Positions 26,819-37,200 of a DNA stretch of 51,011 bases are shown here, in pieces. The notes beneath the pieces were generated by a model, which was given only the letters and a program-made list of their open reading frames with translations, was not told where the DNA came from and searched no databases. Source of the stretch: an uncultured Bacilli bacterium. Its GTDB lineage: Bacteria; Bacillota_I; Bacilli_A; RF39; UBA660. The stretch is taken from the NCBI GenBank assembly GCA_948479395.1, contig CAOLUI010000005.1:1-51011 (forward strand), in the 5' to 3' direction. Numbering within the stretch: position 1 is the stretch's first letter; each line of letters begins with the position of its first letter. The translations under genes were made by a program, and so were the position numbers.

Positions 26819-29751
26819 AAAGTATTAAAGCTAATGGATTTAAATCTTTTGCTGAAAAGATTAATATAATGCTCGATAATAACATTACTTGTATTGTTGG
26901 GCCCAATGGATCTGGAAAATCTAATATTGTAGATGCTGTTCGTTGGGTTTTGGGAGAACAATCTATAAAAAATTTACGCGGAACCTCTGGAATGAGTGAT
27001 GTTATATTTACTGGATCCAAAACTAGAATAGGAGCTAATCGTGCTGAAGTGTCTTTGACTTTTGATAATAGTGATCACTACTTAAATAGCGAATTTAAAG
27101 AAATTGAAATCAAAAGAATTCTTTATCGAAGTGGAGATAGTGAATATTTCATTAATAACTCCAAAGTTAGATTAAAAGATATTACAGATCTTTTTTTAGA
27201 TAGTGGAGCGGGAAATGATTCTTTTAACATAATTAGTCAAGGAAATATTGAAGCGATTATTAATAGTAAGCCACACGAACGAAGAATAATTTTTGAAAGT
27301 GCTGCTGGAGTTTTAAAATACAAAAAACGCAAAGAAGAAAGTCTAAAAAAATTAGAAAAAACTCGTGAAAATATTGAAAAAGTCAATTTAATTATCGAAG
27401 AGTTAAAAACAACTCTGGAACCCTTAAAAGAGCAAAGTCTAAATGCCCAAAAATATTTAGAATTAAAAGAACAATTAAAAAATATTGAAATAGCTACGAT
27501 TGTGAATGAAATTCAATCCCTTAATGATTTAATAACGCAAGTAAAAAACGAAATAGAAACTAAGAATACCAAAATATTAGATTTAAATACATCTTCTAGT
27601 GATGAATCAGTTAAATTAGAAACTTTAAAATTACAAAGTATTAAATTAGATGAAATTATTAATGAAACTAATAAAACTTTATTAAAGGTTACTAGTAAAT
27701 TTGTTAATCTCCAAAATGAAAAATTAATGTATACCGAAAGAAAAAAATATAATGGTGATAATCTTAATCTTGATCAAAATATTTTAAACTTAAAAGAAGA
27801 AGTTTTAGCATTAGATAAAACTATTAACTTGTTAGAAAATGAAATAAATTCTTTAACTATTCAAATGAAAAAATATAATCATGATTTAAGTGAAATAAAT
27901 GAAGAACAAAGCTTTAATAAACTAAAAGGCAATGCACTAAATTTAAAATTTCAAGAAAGTTTAAAAGAATTATATACTTTAAAAAGTCAAGCTGAAGTTT
28001 TAGAAAATAGTCTTTTGAATGATGTTAAAATGCCTAATTCTGTAAAAAGTGTTTTAACAAATGAAAGTTTAAAAGGTATTTATAATACAATAGGTAAACT
28101 TATCACCGTTCCTGATCAATATGTAACAGCTATTGATACCATTTTAGGAGCTAGTTCAAATTTTATTGTCGTTAAAGATGAGTTAGTGGCTAAAAAATCT
28201 ATCGCTTATCTAAAAGAAAAAAAATTAGGTCGAGCCACCTTTTTTCCCCTTAATATTATTAAAGAAAAAAATATTTCTTCCCAAATAAAAGATAAATTAA
28301 AAAAAATGTCTGGTTTTATTGGGGTTGCGAGCGAGTTAGTAGAATATAAACCAGAATTTTGTAATATTATTAGAAATCAGCTAGGAAATGTCTTAGTCGT
28401 TGATTCAATCGATTCTCTAAATAAAATTGGCAAAGAACTAGAATACAAATTTCGCATTGTTACTTTGGATGGAGAAGTATTACATACTGGAGGTTCTTTA
28501 AGTGGAGGTTTTAAATCTTCTCATAACAGTATATTAAACGATAAACTAGAATTAACCAAAATAAAAAATAATATAGCAAATAAAGAACAAGAAAATATTA
28601 GCTTTAGAAAAGAATTAGAAGAACATGAACAAAAACAAAATACTTTGCACGAAAAAGAAGAAGAATTAAATCGAATTATTATAAATTTAAAAGAAAGTAT
28701 AAAAGAAAAAACTAATTTAATGGATAATAAAAAGCAAAAACAATTAGAGCTTAACAAAGAATTAGAAGGCTCGATTGCTCTTAAAGATGGTAATATTGAT
28801 CAAAAATTAATGGTTATGTTAGATGAAGTAAATGAAGCTCAAATGGCTAAAGATTTAACTGAGACTAAATTAAACGATTTAAAAAATGAAAAGAATAATC
28901 TTTTAAGCGAAATAACTGAATTAGAGCATACTTATCGCGAAAAAAATTCTTTACATAATAAATTCCAAAATGAATTAAAAGCCCAAGAAATTGAATTAAG
29001 TAAATTAGAAATTAAATTAGATACTTTGTTAAATACTTTAAATGAAAATTATAATTTAACTTATGAGAAAGCTCAATTAACCTATATCTTAGAAATAGAT
29101 ATTAACTTAGCTCGAAAACAAGTTTTAGAATTAAAAAATTCGATTGCTAAATTAGGGGAAGTAAATGTTTTTGCCATTGAAGAATATGAAAGAATTAGTA
29201 CTCGTTATAATTTTTTAGAAAATCAAAAAAATGATTTAGAAGAAGCAAGTTCTAATTTAAATAATGTTATTGAAGAAATGGATACTATTATGATTGATAA
29301 ATTTAAATCCACTTTTACGGCGATTAATAAAGAATTTCAAAAAGTTTTTAAAAAATTATTTAAAGGGGGAACAGGTCTATTAAAACTTACCGATCCGGAA
29401 AATATTTTAGAAACCGGAATTGAAATAGTTGCTGAACCACCAGGAAAAAAATTAAATTCTATCGGTCTTTTAAGTGGGGGCGAAAAAACTCTTACTTCTA
29501 TTTCCCTTTTATTTGCTATTCTAAATATTAAAACTATTCCTTTTTGCATTTTAGATGAAGTAGAAGCTGCTCTTGATGAAGCCAATGTTGATGCTTTTGG
29601 TTCATATTTACAAGAATATAAAAAAAATAGTCAGTTTATTTTAATTACTCATAAAAAAAGAACAATGGAATATGCTGATACTTTATATGGAATAACCATG
29701 CAAGAATCTGGAGTAAGTAAAATAGTTAGTGTTAAACTTGAAAATATTTAG
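26809..29751 (+). CDS. smc: Chromosome segregation protein SMC (short, 980 aa)
   Basis: 'GPNGSGKSN', long coiled coils, hinge 'GRATFFPLN', 'LSGGEKTLTSISLLFA' and 'FCILDEVEAALD'. Overlaps the rnc stop. Confidence 0.9.
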   Translation: MFLKSIKANGFKSFAEKINIMLDNNITCIVGPNGSGKSNIVDAVRWVLGEQSIKNLRGTSGMSDVIFTGSKTRIGANRAEVSLTFDNSDHYLNSEFKEIEIKRILYRSGDSEYFINNSKVRLKDITDLFLDSGAGNDSFNIISQGNIEAIINSKPHERRIIFESAAGVLKYKKRKEESLKKLEKTRENIEKVNLIIEELKTTLEPLKEQSLNAQKYLELKEQLKNIEIATIVNEIQSLNDLITQVKNEIETKNTKILDLNTSSSDESVKLETLKLQSIKLDEIINETNKTLLKVTSKFVNLQNEKLMYTERKKYNGDNLNLDQNILNLKEEVLALDKTINLLENEINSLTIQMKKYNHDLSEINEEQSFNKLKGNALNLKFQESLKELYTLKSQAEVLENSLLNDVKMPNSVKSVLTNESLKGIYNTIGKLITVPDQYVTAIDTILGASSNFIVVKDELVAKKSIAYLKEKKLGRATFFPLNIIKEKNISSQIKDKLKKMSGFIGVASELVEYKPEFCNIIRNQLGNVLVVDSIDSLNKIGKELEYKFRIVTLDGEVLHTGGSLSGGFKSSHNSILNDKLELTKIKNNIANKEQENISFRKELEEHEQKQNTLHEKEEELNRIIINLKESIKEKTNLMDNKKQKQLELNKELEGSIALKDGNIDQKLMVMLDEVNEAQMAKDLTETKLNDLKNEKNNLLSEITELEHTYREKNSLHNKFQNELKAQEIELSKLEIKLDTLLNTLNENYNLTYEKAQLTYILEIDINLARKQVLELKNSIAKLGEVNVFAIEEYERISTRYNFLENQKNDLEEASSNLNNVIEEMDTIMIDKFKSTFTAINKEFQKVFKKLFKGGTGLLKLTDPENILETGIEIVAEPPGKKLNSIGLLSGGEKTLTSISLLFAILNIKTIPFCILDEVEAALDEANVDAFGSYLQEYKKNSQFILITHKKRTMEYADTLYGITMQESGVSKIVSVKLENI

Positions 29752-29794
29752 AAAATATGGTATATTATCTCCCAATTAAAAAAGGGGGATTTTT

Positions 29795-30688
29795 TTGAAA
29801 ACTATATCCATATCTAAAAAAGCTTTTAAAAATTTAGATTTACTAGATCTTCCTCAAGAAGTATTAAATACAGAAGGTATAATTTATCAATTTTCTTATA
29901 AAAGACAAGACAAAATTTTAAAAAAATTATATCACTGTGAAGGGCCAGTGTTTGCCAATAAACTTTATACTTTAGAAATGTTAGATTATTATAAAGATTA
30001 TTTACCAGCTAATTTTTATATTCCGGATTATTTAGTTTCAGTAAGTAACAGAATAAATGCTTTTACTTGTCCTAAATGCCAAGGAAAAACATTGCAAGTT
30101 ATTTTAAGTGATAAAAATCTTGATTATAATGAAAAAATATTTTATTTAAAACAAATTGGCTTTATTTTAGAAAAATTAAAAAATATTCGCAAATATACGC
30201 CGTTAAAAGATATTTATTTAAATGATATTCATTCTTCTAATTTTATGGTTGAACCTATTAATCATGAAGTTTCCGTAATTGATTTAGATAGTTGTAAAAT
30301 TGCTGACAATAAAGCTTTTCCCTCTAAATTTCTTATCGATGATTCTCTTGTTTCATTAATTCCAAGTAAATATCAAAAAAATAACGATCAAATGCCAGGA
30401 ACGGGATTATTTATTGTAGATGAAGAAACTGATTTATATTGCTATAGTATGTTGATTTTAAACTATTTATGCGGCATAAATGTTCATCGTTTAAGTTTAG
30501 AAGAATATTATGAATATTTAAATTATTTAGAAAGTATAAGAGTTTATCAAAAATTATTAGATATTTTTGCTAAACTTGTAGCCTCAGGCCATAATGAAAA
30601 TCCCGTAAATTATATTGATGCTTTAACAAAAGAACAAATTTATCGGGCTCATAATATTGTTTATTCTAGAGTTCGAAAAAAAAGCTGA
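29795..30688 (+). CDS. Atypical protein-kinase-like fold protein
   Basis: Catalytic-loop-like 'LNDIHSSNFMV' (D-x4-N) followed by 'VIDLDS' (DFG-like). I saw no clear glycine-rich loop. TTG start behind AAGGGGGA. Confidence 0.5.
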   Translation: MKTISISKKAFKNLDLLDLPQEVLNTEGIIYQFSYKRQDKILKKLYHCEGPVFANKLYTLEMLDYYKDYLPANFYIPDYLVSVSNRINAFTCPKCQGKTLQVILSDKNLDYNEKIFYLKQIGFILEKLKNIRKYTPLKDIYLNDIHSSNFMVEPINHEVSVIDLDSCKIADNKAFPSKFLIDDSLVSLIPSKYQKNNDQMPGTGLFIVDEETDLYCYSMLILNYLCGINVHRLSLEEYYEYLNYLESIRVYQKLLDIFAKLVASGHNENPVNYIDALTKEQIYRAHNIVYSRVRKKS

Positions 30689-30691
30689 AAA

Positions 30692-30719
30692 ATGCGAAAA
30701 ATTTTTAAATTTCTCGCAT
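30692..30719. terminator. Hairpin between convergent genes (candidate bidirectional terminator)
   Basis: ATGCGAAAAATTT-t-AAATTTCTCGCAT, a 13-bp stem with one mismatch. The 3' arm overlaps the last def codons. Confidence 0.4.
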
Positions 30720-31256
30720 ATTTTCCATATTTTTATAGGGATTTTTAGGATCTATTTTATCGGTAAATAAAATTCCATTCAAATGATCAATTTCATGTTG
30801 AAAAGCGATCGCTAAATCTTCTCGAACACGTATTCTGTAAGGATTGCCTTCTATATCAAAGGCTTCTACTGTAACACGAGCATATCTTGGGACAATCCCT
30901 TCAGTTTCGCGGTTTATACTTAAACATCCTTCGCCTTCACCAACATAAATTAATTCTTCACTATTACTAACAATTTTAGGATTGATAACAATATAGTTTT
31001 CAAATTGCCCTTCATCAACTTCATCAACAATTACAAAAATTCTTTTGGCAATTCCTAACTGAATATAAGCAAGACCCATACCAGCTCGTAAATTATATTT
31101 TTCTCTTAAATCATCTATTTGGCTAATTTTTAAATAGTCTAACATATCTTGAATCCGCTTTTTGTCTTCATTTGAGAGAGGAAAAACTACTTCTTTACTA
31201 ATCAAACGCAATCGTTTGTCTTTTTCATCTAATATAACTAAATCAGGTAACTTCAT
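30705..31256 (-). CDS. def: Peptide deformylase
   Basis: 'GMGLAYIQLG', 'EGCLS' and 'QHEIDHLNG'. Confidence 0.9.
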   Translation of the reverse strand: MKLPDLVILDEKDKRLRLISKEVVFPLSNEDKKRIQDMLDYLKISQIDDLREKYNLRAGMGLAYIQLGIAKRIFVIVDEVDEGQFENYIVINPKIVSNSEELIYVGEGEGCLSINRETEGIVPRYARVTVEAFDIEGNPYRIRVREDLAIAFQHEIDHLNGILFTDKIDPKNPYKNMENMREI

Positions 31257-31320
31257 AAAACTCCCTTTCTTTCGCCATTTATTGTATCAATAAAACAGCA
31301 AAAAAGGAAGCTTAAACTTC

Positions 31321-31521
31321 CTAATTATTATAGTTATTGCCCCAATTCCATCCTGCACCAATGATGATAACAAGAAGTATAAATAGAACAATCCATATTG
31401 CAGCCCCAATACCATAACCAGATGTATATCCAGCATATGATGCATTAGAACACATAGGAGCAGCATTACATCCGCCACCATAACCAGCATTATAGTAGCC
31501 ATTATTTCCGTAATAATACAT
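31321..31521 (-). CDS. Gly/Tyr-rich small membrane protein (YjcZ-like)
   Basis: 66 aa: a G/Y/N-rich N-terminus and one TM 'AAIWIVLFILLVIIIGAG'. GGAGG SD. A minus-strand hairpin plus T-run lies at about 31293-31317. Confidence 0.55.
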   Translation of the reverse strand: MYYYGNNGYYNAGYGGGCNAAPMCSNASYAGYTSGYGIGAAIWIVLFILLVIIIGAGWNWGNNYNN

Positions 31522-31646
31522 AGTTTAACCTCCTTTATGTATCTAATATAGTTTATTATAAGTCATAAAAAATGCTACTTTAAAAACCTAAAAAATATTT
31601 TTTCATTTTAATATAATTTATGATATTATTATAATAGGTGAAGAAG

Positions 31647-32816
31647 ATGCGGAAAATTATTACTAAAATAGATATTCCTTTATTAATAATGATGTTAATT
31701 TATTCTGTATTAGGTTTAGTAATTATTCTTAGTGCCTCTTCTGTTTCTGCTGTTTTAAGATATAATGTTTCTTCATACCATTTCTTTATTCGCCAATTAA
31801 TATTTATATTAACTTCTTTTTTCGTTGGTTTTAATGTGATTTTAAGATTTCCTACCTCAAAATACAAATTATTTACGCCTTTATTAATAGTAGGTATTTT
31901 AGCATCATTAGTTGGCTTATTTTTTTATGGAATTATTTCTAATAATGCTCAAAGTTGGTATAAAATAGGTTTTTTCAATTTACAACCAGCTGAATTTGCA
32001 AAATCTGTTATAATTATTTATATGGCCGTATTTTATCAAAAAAGTCTAAAAAAGAAAAAAGTTAGTTTATATTATAATTTAATACCTTTAGCCATTGCGG
32101 GGACAATTTTTATTTTAGTAGCCATGCAACCTGATTTAGGTGGTGCTCTTATAATTGGCGGGATTGCATTTTTAATTTTTTTAATCGTTCCTTTAGGAAA
32201 ACAAAATCAATTAAAACTCTTTAAAGTTTTAGCAATTGCCGGAGTTATAATAGTTGTAGGTCTTCTTTATAGTGGTACTGATATTTTAAATTCTCGCCAA
32301 CTTAGTCGTTTAAAATTTCAAAATCCTTGTGCTAGATATTCTGAAGACACGGGATATCAAGTATGTAATGGTTTTATCGCTATTCATAATGGTGGTCTTT
32401 TTGGAGTTGGTTTAGGCAATTCTACTCAAAAATATTTATATTTACCTGAAGCTCATACTGATTTTATTTTTCCTATTTTAGTTGAGGAATTAGGAGCGAT
32501 TGCCGGAGTTTTAGTCTTAATTGGTTATATTTTTATCTTATACCGAATTTTAAAAATTGGAAAAGAGGCTAAAGGCAATATTCGAAATATGATTTTATGT
32601 TACGGAACATTTGCTTTTATTCTTCTTCATTTAATTGTTAATTTAATGGGAGTATTAGCCCTTATTCCTTTAACAGGAGTACCACTTCCTTTTCTAAGTT
32701 ATGGAGGCAGTTTCACTATTAACTTAATATTAATGTTATTCGTTATTCAAAGAGTTGCTATTGAAAATAAAAACACTAAATTAAAAAGAGAATTAACTTA
32801 TTTGCAAGAAAATTAA
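31647..32816 (+). CDS. SEDS-family protein (FtsW/RodA/SpoVE)
   Basis: Polytopic protein with 'QPDLGGALI', 'HTDFIFPILVEELG' and 'GVPLPFLSYGGS'. ATG 31647 lies behind AGGTGA. Confidence 0.85.
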   Translation: MRKIITKIDIPLLIMMLIYSVLGLVIILSASSVSAVLRYNVSSYHFFIRQLIFILTSFFVGFNVILRFPTSKYKLFTPLLIVGILASLVGLFFYGIISNNAQSWYKIGFFNLQPAEFAKSVIIIYMAVFYQKSLKKKKVSLYYNLIPLAIAGTIFILVAMQPDLGGALIIGGIAFLIFLIVPLGKQNQLKLFKVLAIAGVIIVVGLLYSGTDILNSRQLSRLKFQNPCARYSEDTGYQVCNGFIAIHNGGLFGVGLGNSTQKYLYLPEAHTDFIFPILVEELGAIAGVLVLIGYIFILYRILKIGKEAKGNIRNMILCYGTFAFILLHLIVNLMGVLALIPLTGVPLPFLSYGGSFTINLILMLFVIQRVAIENKNTKLKRELTYLQEN

Positions 32817-32895
32817 TGGATCTTTAAATGAGATCTTTTTTTATTTTAAAAAGGAAATATCAAAAATTGGTTGTAAATATATAAGTAGGAGGTGA

Positions 32896-33582
32896 ATGAT
32901 GAAATATTTTAAAAATTATATTATTTTATATTCTATTATCGGTTTGTTATTTTTAACCAATATTGGAAGTATCAGTTATTTTTTTCTTAAAAAAATAAAA
33001 TGCCCTATATGTAACGAAACCCCAACAGAAGAGTTAGTTGTGTTAAAAGAAGATAAAAAAGATAATATTTCTAAAATTCATGTTGATATTAAAGGTTATA
33101 TTAAAAATCCTGGAGTTTATGAAATAGAAGAGGGAGCAATAGTTAACGATATTATAAATCTTGCTGGCGGTCTAAAAAAAGGAGCTATAACAGATAATAT
33201 TAACTTAGGAAAAAAGTTGGTTGATGAAGCAGTGGTTATTATTAATTCTAAAGCTGAATTAAATAAAAAAGAAACATGTATTGAAAAAAAAGAAGAAAAT
33301 ACTCCCAATAATTTCGCTGCTATTGATACAGAAGTTATTACCGAAAATAATCCTTTAAACAATCAAAATAATTCTACTGGAAAAGATAACAATGGGAAAA
33401 TCTCACTTAATAAAGCTTCAAAAGAAGAATTAATGACACTTTCTGGAATAGGAGAAAAAACAGCCGAAAAGATTATTGAATATCGTCAAAGTCAAATTTT
33501 TACCAGTATTGAAGAAATAAAAAACGTTAATGGAATAGGGGACGCCTTATTTGAAAAGATTAAAGATAATATTACAATCTAA
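32896..33582 (+). CDS. comEA: Competence protein ComEA (DNA receptor)
   Basis: N-terminal TM, SLBB-like 'HVDIKGYIKNPGVYEIEEG', and C-terminal tandem HhH 'LNKASKEELMTLSGIGEKTAEKIIEYR...VNGIGDALFEKI'. Confidence 0.85.
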   Translation: MMKYFKNYIILYSIIGLLFLTNIGSISYFFLKKIKCPICNETPTEELVVLKEDKKDNISKIHVDIKGYIKNPGVYEIEEGAIVNDIINLAGGLKKGAITDNINLGKKLVDEAVVIINSKAELNKKETCIEKKEENTPNNFAAIDTEVITENNPLNNQNNSTGKDNNGKISLNKASKEELMTLSGIGEKTAEKIIEYRQSQIFTSIEEIKNVNGIGDALFEKIKDNITI

Positions 33583-35614
33583 TCTTTTTTATATAATATT
33601 ATCCTTAATTTTAATAATTTTTATTTTTATAAATACTAATTTACGCCATTATTCATCATCGTTTAATGACAAGACTAAAAAAATAATTGCAAGAATTGAA
33701 TCCTTTACAATAGATGGTGATAAAATAAGCTTTTATTTTAAAGAAAAAGAAAAATTTGTTGCTACTTATTATCTAAAATCGGAAAAAGAAAAAAAGTATT
33801 TTCAAAATAATTTAAAAATTGGTTTAAAAGTATTAATAGAAGGTGAAAAAAATGATCTCCAAAATAATACTATCCCAAATACTTTTAACTATCGAAAATA
33901 TCTTTATAATAAAAAAATTTATTTTTCTTTTTTAATAAATAAAATTACGATAACGAATCAAAAAATATCCAAATTAGCTCAAATAAAAAATTTAAGCCTA
34001 AATAGAATAGAAAAATTAAATAATAATCCATATTTAAAAGCTTTTATTTTAGGAGATAAAGATTTGATGCCACAAGATATATCAAAAGTTATTCAAAATA
34101 ACGGAGTAAGTCATTTATTTGCTTTATCAGGAATGCATTTATCTTTTATATATGAATTTTTAAATAAAATTTTAAAGAAGTTAAAATTCAAAAAAATTAT
34201 TATTTATTCCTTTTTACTTTTTTATTTGGGGTTAGCATCTTTTCCTATTTCCTTTATAAGAGCTTTTTTATTTACTGTTTTTTTAGATTTCAATAAAAGT
34301 TTTGATATTAGTATTTCTAAAATAAAAATATTATATTTAGTGGCCATAATAACGCTTTTTTCTAATCCTTTTTATATTTATGATATTGGTTTTATTTATA
34401 CTTTTATTATAACTTTTTCTTTATTATTTTGTTCTAATTTATTAAAGGTAAAAAATAAAATTTTACAAATAGGAATAGTGAGTATTATAACCTTTTTATT
34501 TAGTGCTCCCATTACTATATTTATTAATTATGAACTAAATTTATCTTCAATTATTAATAATATTATTCTTGTTCCTTTTGTAAGTATTATTATTTTTCCT
34601 TTAGCAATATTAACTTTTTTTCTTTCTTTTTTTCTTCCCATATTTGAATTTATAACTACCATATTAGGGCATTTAAACATTTTTCTTCATCACTTCTCAT
34701 GCCCTATAATATTTGGGAAAATTAATATATTTGAAGTTTTAATTTATTATGTTTTACTGTGTATTTTAGTAAAATATAAATCAAAACTTTTGGTTGTAAT
34801 ATTTTTAATTTATCTATTATTTCTCTATAATAAAAATATTTTTATCAAATATTATTCAGTTTATTATCTAGATGTTGGTCAAGGAGATGCTTCGCTTTTA
34901 GTTTCCCCACAAAATAAAGAAGTCATTCTAATAGATACAGGAGGTCAAATTACTTATGAAAAAGAAAGCTGGCAAAAAAGAAACAAAGAATATAACGTAG
35001 GAGAAACTATAATTCAATTTCTAAAAAGCAAAAGAATTAGAAAAATTGATTTTTTACTTCTGACGCATGGAGATTTAGATCATATAGGATATGCTAATTA
35101 TCTTGTCGATAATATTAAAATAAAAAAAGTCATGATTAATAATGACCAAATAAATTCTTTTGAAAAAAACATTATTCAAAAAGTTCCACAAGTTTTTAAA
35201 TATCAATCTCCATATTTTATCTATAAAAATTTAAATAAGCTAAAATATGATAATGAAAATGATAATAGTTTAATATCATATTTTCAAATTTATAACTATC
35301 AATTTCTATTTATGGGGGATGCTTCCAAAAAAGTAGAATTAGATCTTTTGGCAAAATATTCCTTAAAAATCGATTTTTTGAAATTAGGCCACCATGGTTC
35401 CAAAACCAGTTCTGATGAACAATTTTTAAAAGAAGTATCACCTCAATATGCTATTATATCGGCTGGTCGCAATAATCGTTATAACCATCCTTCCTCTGAA
35501 ACAATTAATTTATTACAAAAATATCACCTTAATATATTAAATACGCAAAAGCATGGTACTATTGAAATTAGAATAACGAAAGAAAAATATCACATAAGCT
35601 TAAATTCTTCATAA
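33551..35614 (+). CDS. comEC: DNA internalization competence protein ComEC/Rec2
   Basis: 'GVSHLFALSGMHLS' competence domain, many TMs, and C-terminal metallo-beta-lactamase 'LLLTHGDLDHIG' and 'LKLGHHGS'. Confidence 0.85.
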   Translation: MKRLKIILQSNLFYIILSLILIIFIFINTNLRHYSSSFNDKTKKIIARIESFTIDGDKISFYFKEKEKFVATYYLKSEKEKKYFQNNLKIGLKVLIEGEKNDLQNNTIPNTFNYRKYLYNKKIYFSFLINKITITNQKISKLAQIKNLSLNRIEKLNNNPYLKAFILGDKDLMPQDISKVIQNNGVSHLFALSGMHLSFIYEFLNKILKKLKFKKIIIYSFLLFYLGLASFPISFIRAFLFTVFLDFNKSFDISISKIKILYLVAIITLFSNPFYIYDIGFIYTFIITFSLLFCSNLLKVKNKILQIGIVSIITFLFSAPITIFINYELNLSSIINNIILVPFVSIIIFPLAILTFFLSFFLPIFEFITTILGHLNIFLHHFSCPIIFGKINIFEVLIYYVLLCILVKYKSKLLVVIFLIYLLFLYNKNIFIKYYSVYYLDVGQGDASLLVSPQNKEVILIDTGGQITYEKESWQKRNKEYNVGETIIQFLKSKRIRKIDFLLLTHGDLDHIGYANYLVDNIKIKKVMINNDQINSFEKNIIQKVPQVFKYQSPYFIYKNLNKLKYDNENDNSLISYFQIYNYQFLFMGDASKKVELDLLAKYSLKIDFLKLGHHGSKTSSDEQFLKEVSPQYAIISAGRNNRYNHPSSETINLLQKYHLNILNTQKHGTIEIRITKEKYHISLNSS

Positions 35615-35712
35615 AATATAGTACACTAATTAGTGTTTACATAGATGAAAGGTAATTCCTTTCTTTTTATATTTGAATAATTTTGTTATAATAAAAAGCA
35701 AGGACTGATTAG

Positions 35713-36648
35713 ATGTATTTAATTTATGGAGCAAGTTTTCATCTTATTAATGAAGAAATAAATAAAATTATTCAAAATAATCCTAATGTTATTATTATGG
35801 ACTTATCAATTAATAGTTTATCAGAGGTTTTAGCAGAAGCTTCGTATATTTCTTTATTTGCTGAACAAAAATTTATTATCGTAAAAAATTCTTTATTTTT
35901 TACTAGTCTCAAGGAAAATGAGAGTGAATTAGAATTACTTTACCAATATATGGCTAATCCTGTATCTCTTACAACTCTTATTTTTACAACTTATGAAAAA
36001 ATTGATATGCGTAAAAAAATAAGCAAAACATTTAAAGAAAAATATCCCATAATTTCAGTTAATGATTTAACCAATGACGATTTAATTATAAAAATAAAAG
36101 AAATAATAAATAAAAATAAATATCATACTAATCTAGATGTTATAAAATACATCATAAATTGCTGTCAAAATAATTATGATTTAATTTATAATGAATTAAG
36201 TAAAATATTTCTTTATTATAATGAACCACAAGAAATTCAAATGAAAGACTTAAAAGAAATTATTTCTAAACCACTTCAAGATAATAATTTTAAATTTATT
36301 GAAGCTATTGTAGATAAAAATTGGTTTTTAGCTCTTAAAATATTAGATGATCTATATGCCTTAAAAGTTGATCCTATCGCTCTTATAATATTACTTGCCC
36401 GAGAATATCGTCTTATGTATTCAGTTAATCTATTAATGCGTAATGGCTATAAAAAAAATGATATTTTAAAAACGCTTAATCTGCAAAATTGGCAAGTTGA
36501 TAAACTACTAAAAAAAAGCAATTATTATTATCCAGATGATTTAAAAAATTATTTACAAAAATTAGCCATTATTGATTCGGAAATAAAAAAGGGCAATATA
36601 GATAGATTTATTGGCTTAAAAACATTTTTATTAGAAATAGAAGATTAA
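35713..36648 (+). CDS. holA: DNA polymerase III delta subunit
   Basis: 311 aa. Follows comEC as in Bacillus (comEA-comEC-holA). The general delta-subunit pattern is recognised only weakly. Confidence 0.65.
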   Translation: MYLIYGASFHLINEEINKIIQNNPNVIIMDLSINSLSEVLAEASYISLFAEQKFIIVKNSLFFTSLKENESELELLYQYMANPVSLTTLIFTTYEKIDMRKKISKTFKEKYPIISVNDLTNDDLIIKIKEIINKNKYHTNLDVIKYIINCCQNNYDLIYNELSKIFLYYNEPQEIQMKDLKEIISKPLQDNNFKFIEAIVDKNWFLALKILDDLYALKVDPIALIILLAREYRLMYSVNLLMRNGYKKNDILKTLNLQNWQVDKLLKKSNYYYPDDLKNYLQKLAIIDSEIKKGNIDRFIGLKTFLLEIED

Positions 36649-36651
36649 TAT

Positions 36652-36680
36652 TTGCGTTTTTATCATATATTTGTTATAAT
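36652..36680 (+). promoter_or_regulatory. Sigma-A-type promoter upstream of rplS
   Basis: TTGCGT (36652-36657), 17-nt spacer, TATAAT (36675-36680). Confidence 0.55.
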
Positions 36681-36767
36681 GTTCTTGCTTTTTAGCAGGT
36701 AATCCGCTGAAAAATGAATTTATGATTACTGAAGATAAGTTAATTGAATAAAAGAAAGGAAGAAAAA
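36681..36767 (+). ncRNA. Structured rplS 5' leader (possible L19 autoregulatory leader)
   Basis: About 87-nt UTR with the bulged hairpin TTTTTAGCAGG-taat-CCGCTGAAAAA. L19 leaders are described in Bacillota. Identity was not verified. Confidence 0.3.
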
Positions 36768-37127
36768 ATGGCTAATTTAGTAGACAAAATTAATAAAAAG
36801 CATATTAAACCCAATATTCCTGAATTTCGTGTTGGTGATATTGTTAGAGTGGATGTTTGGGTAAAAGAAGGAAAGAAAGAAAGAATCCAAGCTTTCGAAG
36901 GTATTGTAATAGCTAAAAAAGGTTCAAGTGTATCTGAAACTTTTTCTGTTCGTAAAAAATCAGGTGGTGTTGGAGTTGTGAGAGTATTTCCTGTAAATGC
37001 GCCAACTATCGATAAAATTACAGTTATTAAAAAAGGTATGGTTCGTCGTGCCAAACTTAACTTTATTAAAAATATGCGTAAAGAATATAAAGTAAAAGAA
37101 AGAAATTCCGTTAAAGAAGCAGCTTAA
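36768..37127 (+). CDS. rplS: 50S ribosomal protein L19
   Basis: 'IPEFRVGDIVRV', 'RIQAFEGIVIAKKG' and 'GVGVVRVFPVNAPTIDKI'. ATG 36768 lies behind AAAGGAAG. Confidence 0.92.
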   Translation: MANLVDKINKKHIKPNIPEFRVGDIVRVDVWVKEGKKERIQAFEGIVIAKKGSSVSETFSVRKKSGGVGVVRVFPVNAPTIDKITVIKKGMVRRAKLNFIKNMRKEYKVKERNSVKEAA

Positions 37128-37200
37128 TGCTTTTTTTATTTGAAATTAATTTTGTATAAAGAATAGCATTGATGTATAATAAAAAGGAAAGGATTAAATT

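Noticed and set aside
31287-31502. 71-aa minus-strand ORF overlapping the Gly/Tyr-rich peptide gene in another frame
   Set aside because: It is the alternative frame of the same locus. The 31321..31521 frame has a GGAGG SD and a recognisable YjcZ-like composition.
36740-37054. 104-aa minus-strand ORF, and the similar antisense ORFs in the track (249-434, 2368-2550, 2563-2760, 9016-9198, 13516-13767, 17512-17733, 26793-27020, 28521-28757, 29337-29585, 33117-33362, 38849-39037, 40608-40799, 43421-43603, 43821-44066, 46063-46263, 48687-48875)
   Set aside because: Each lies entirely inside a longer, motif-supported gene on the opposite strand. They have low-complexity composition and no SD. These are shadow ORFs typical of AT-rich DNA.
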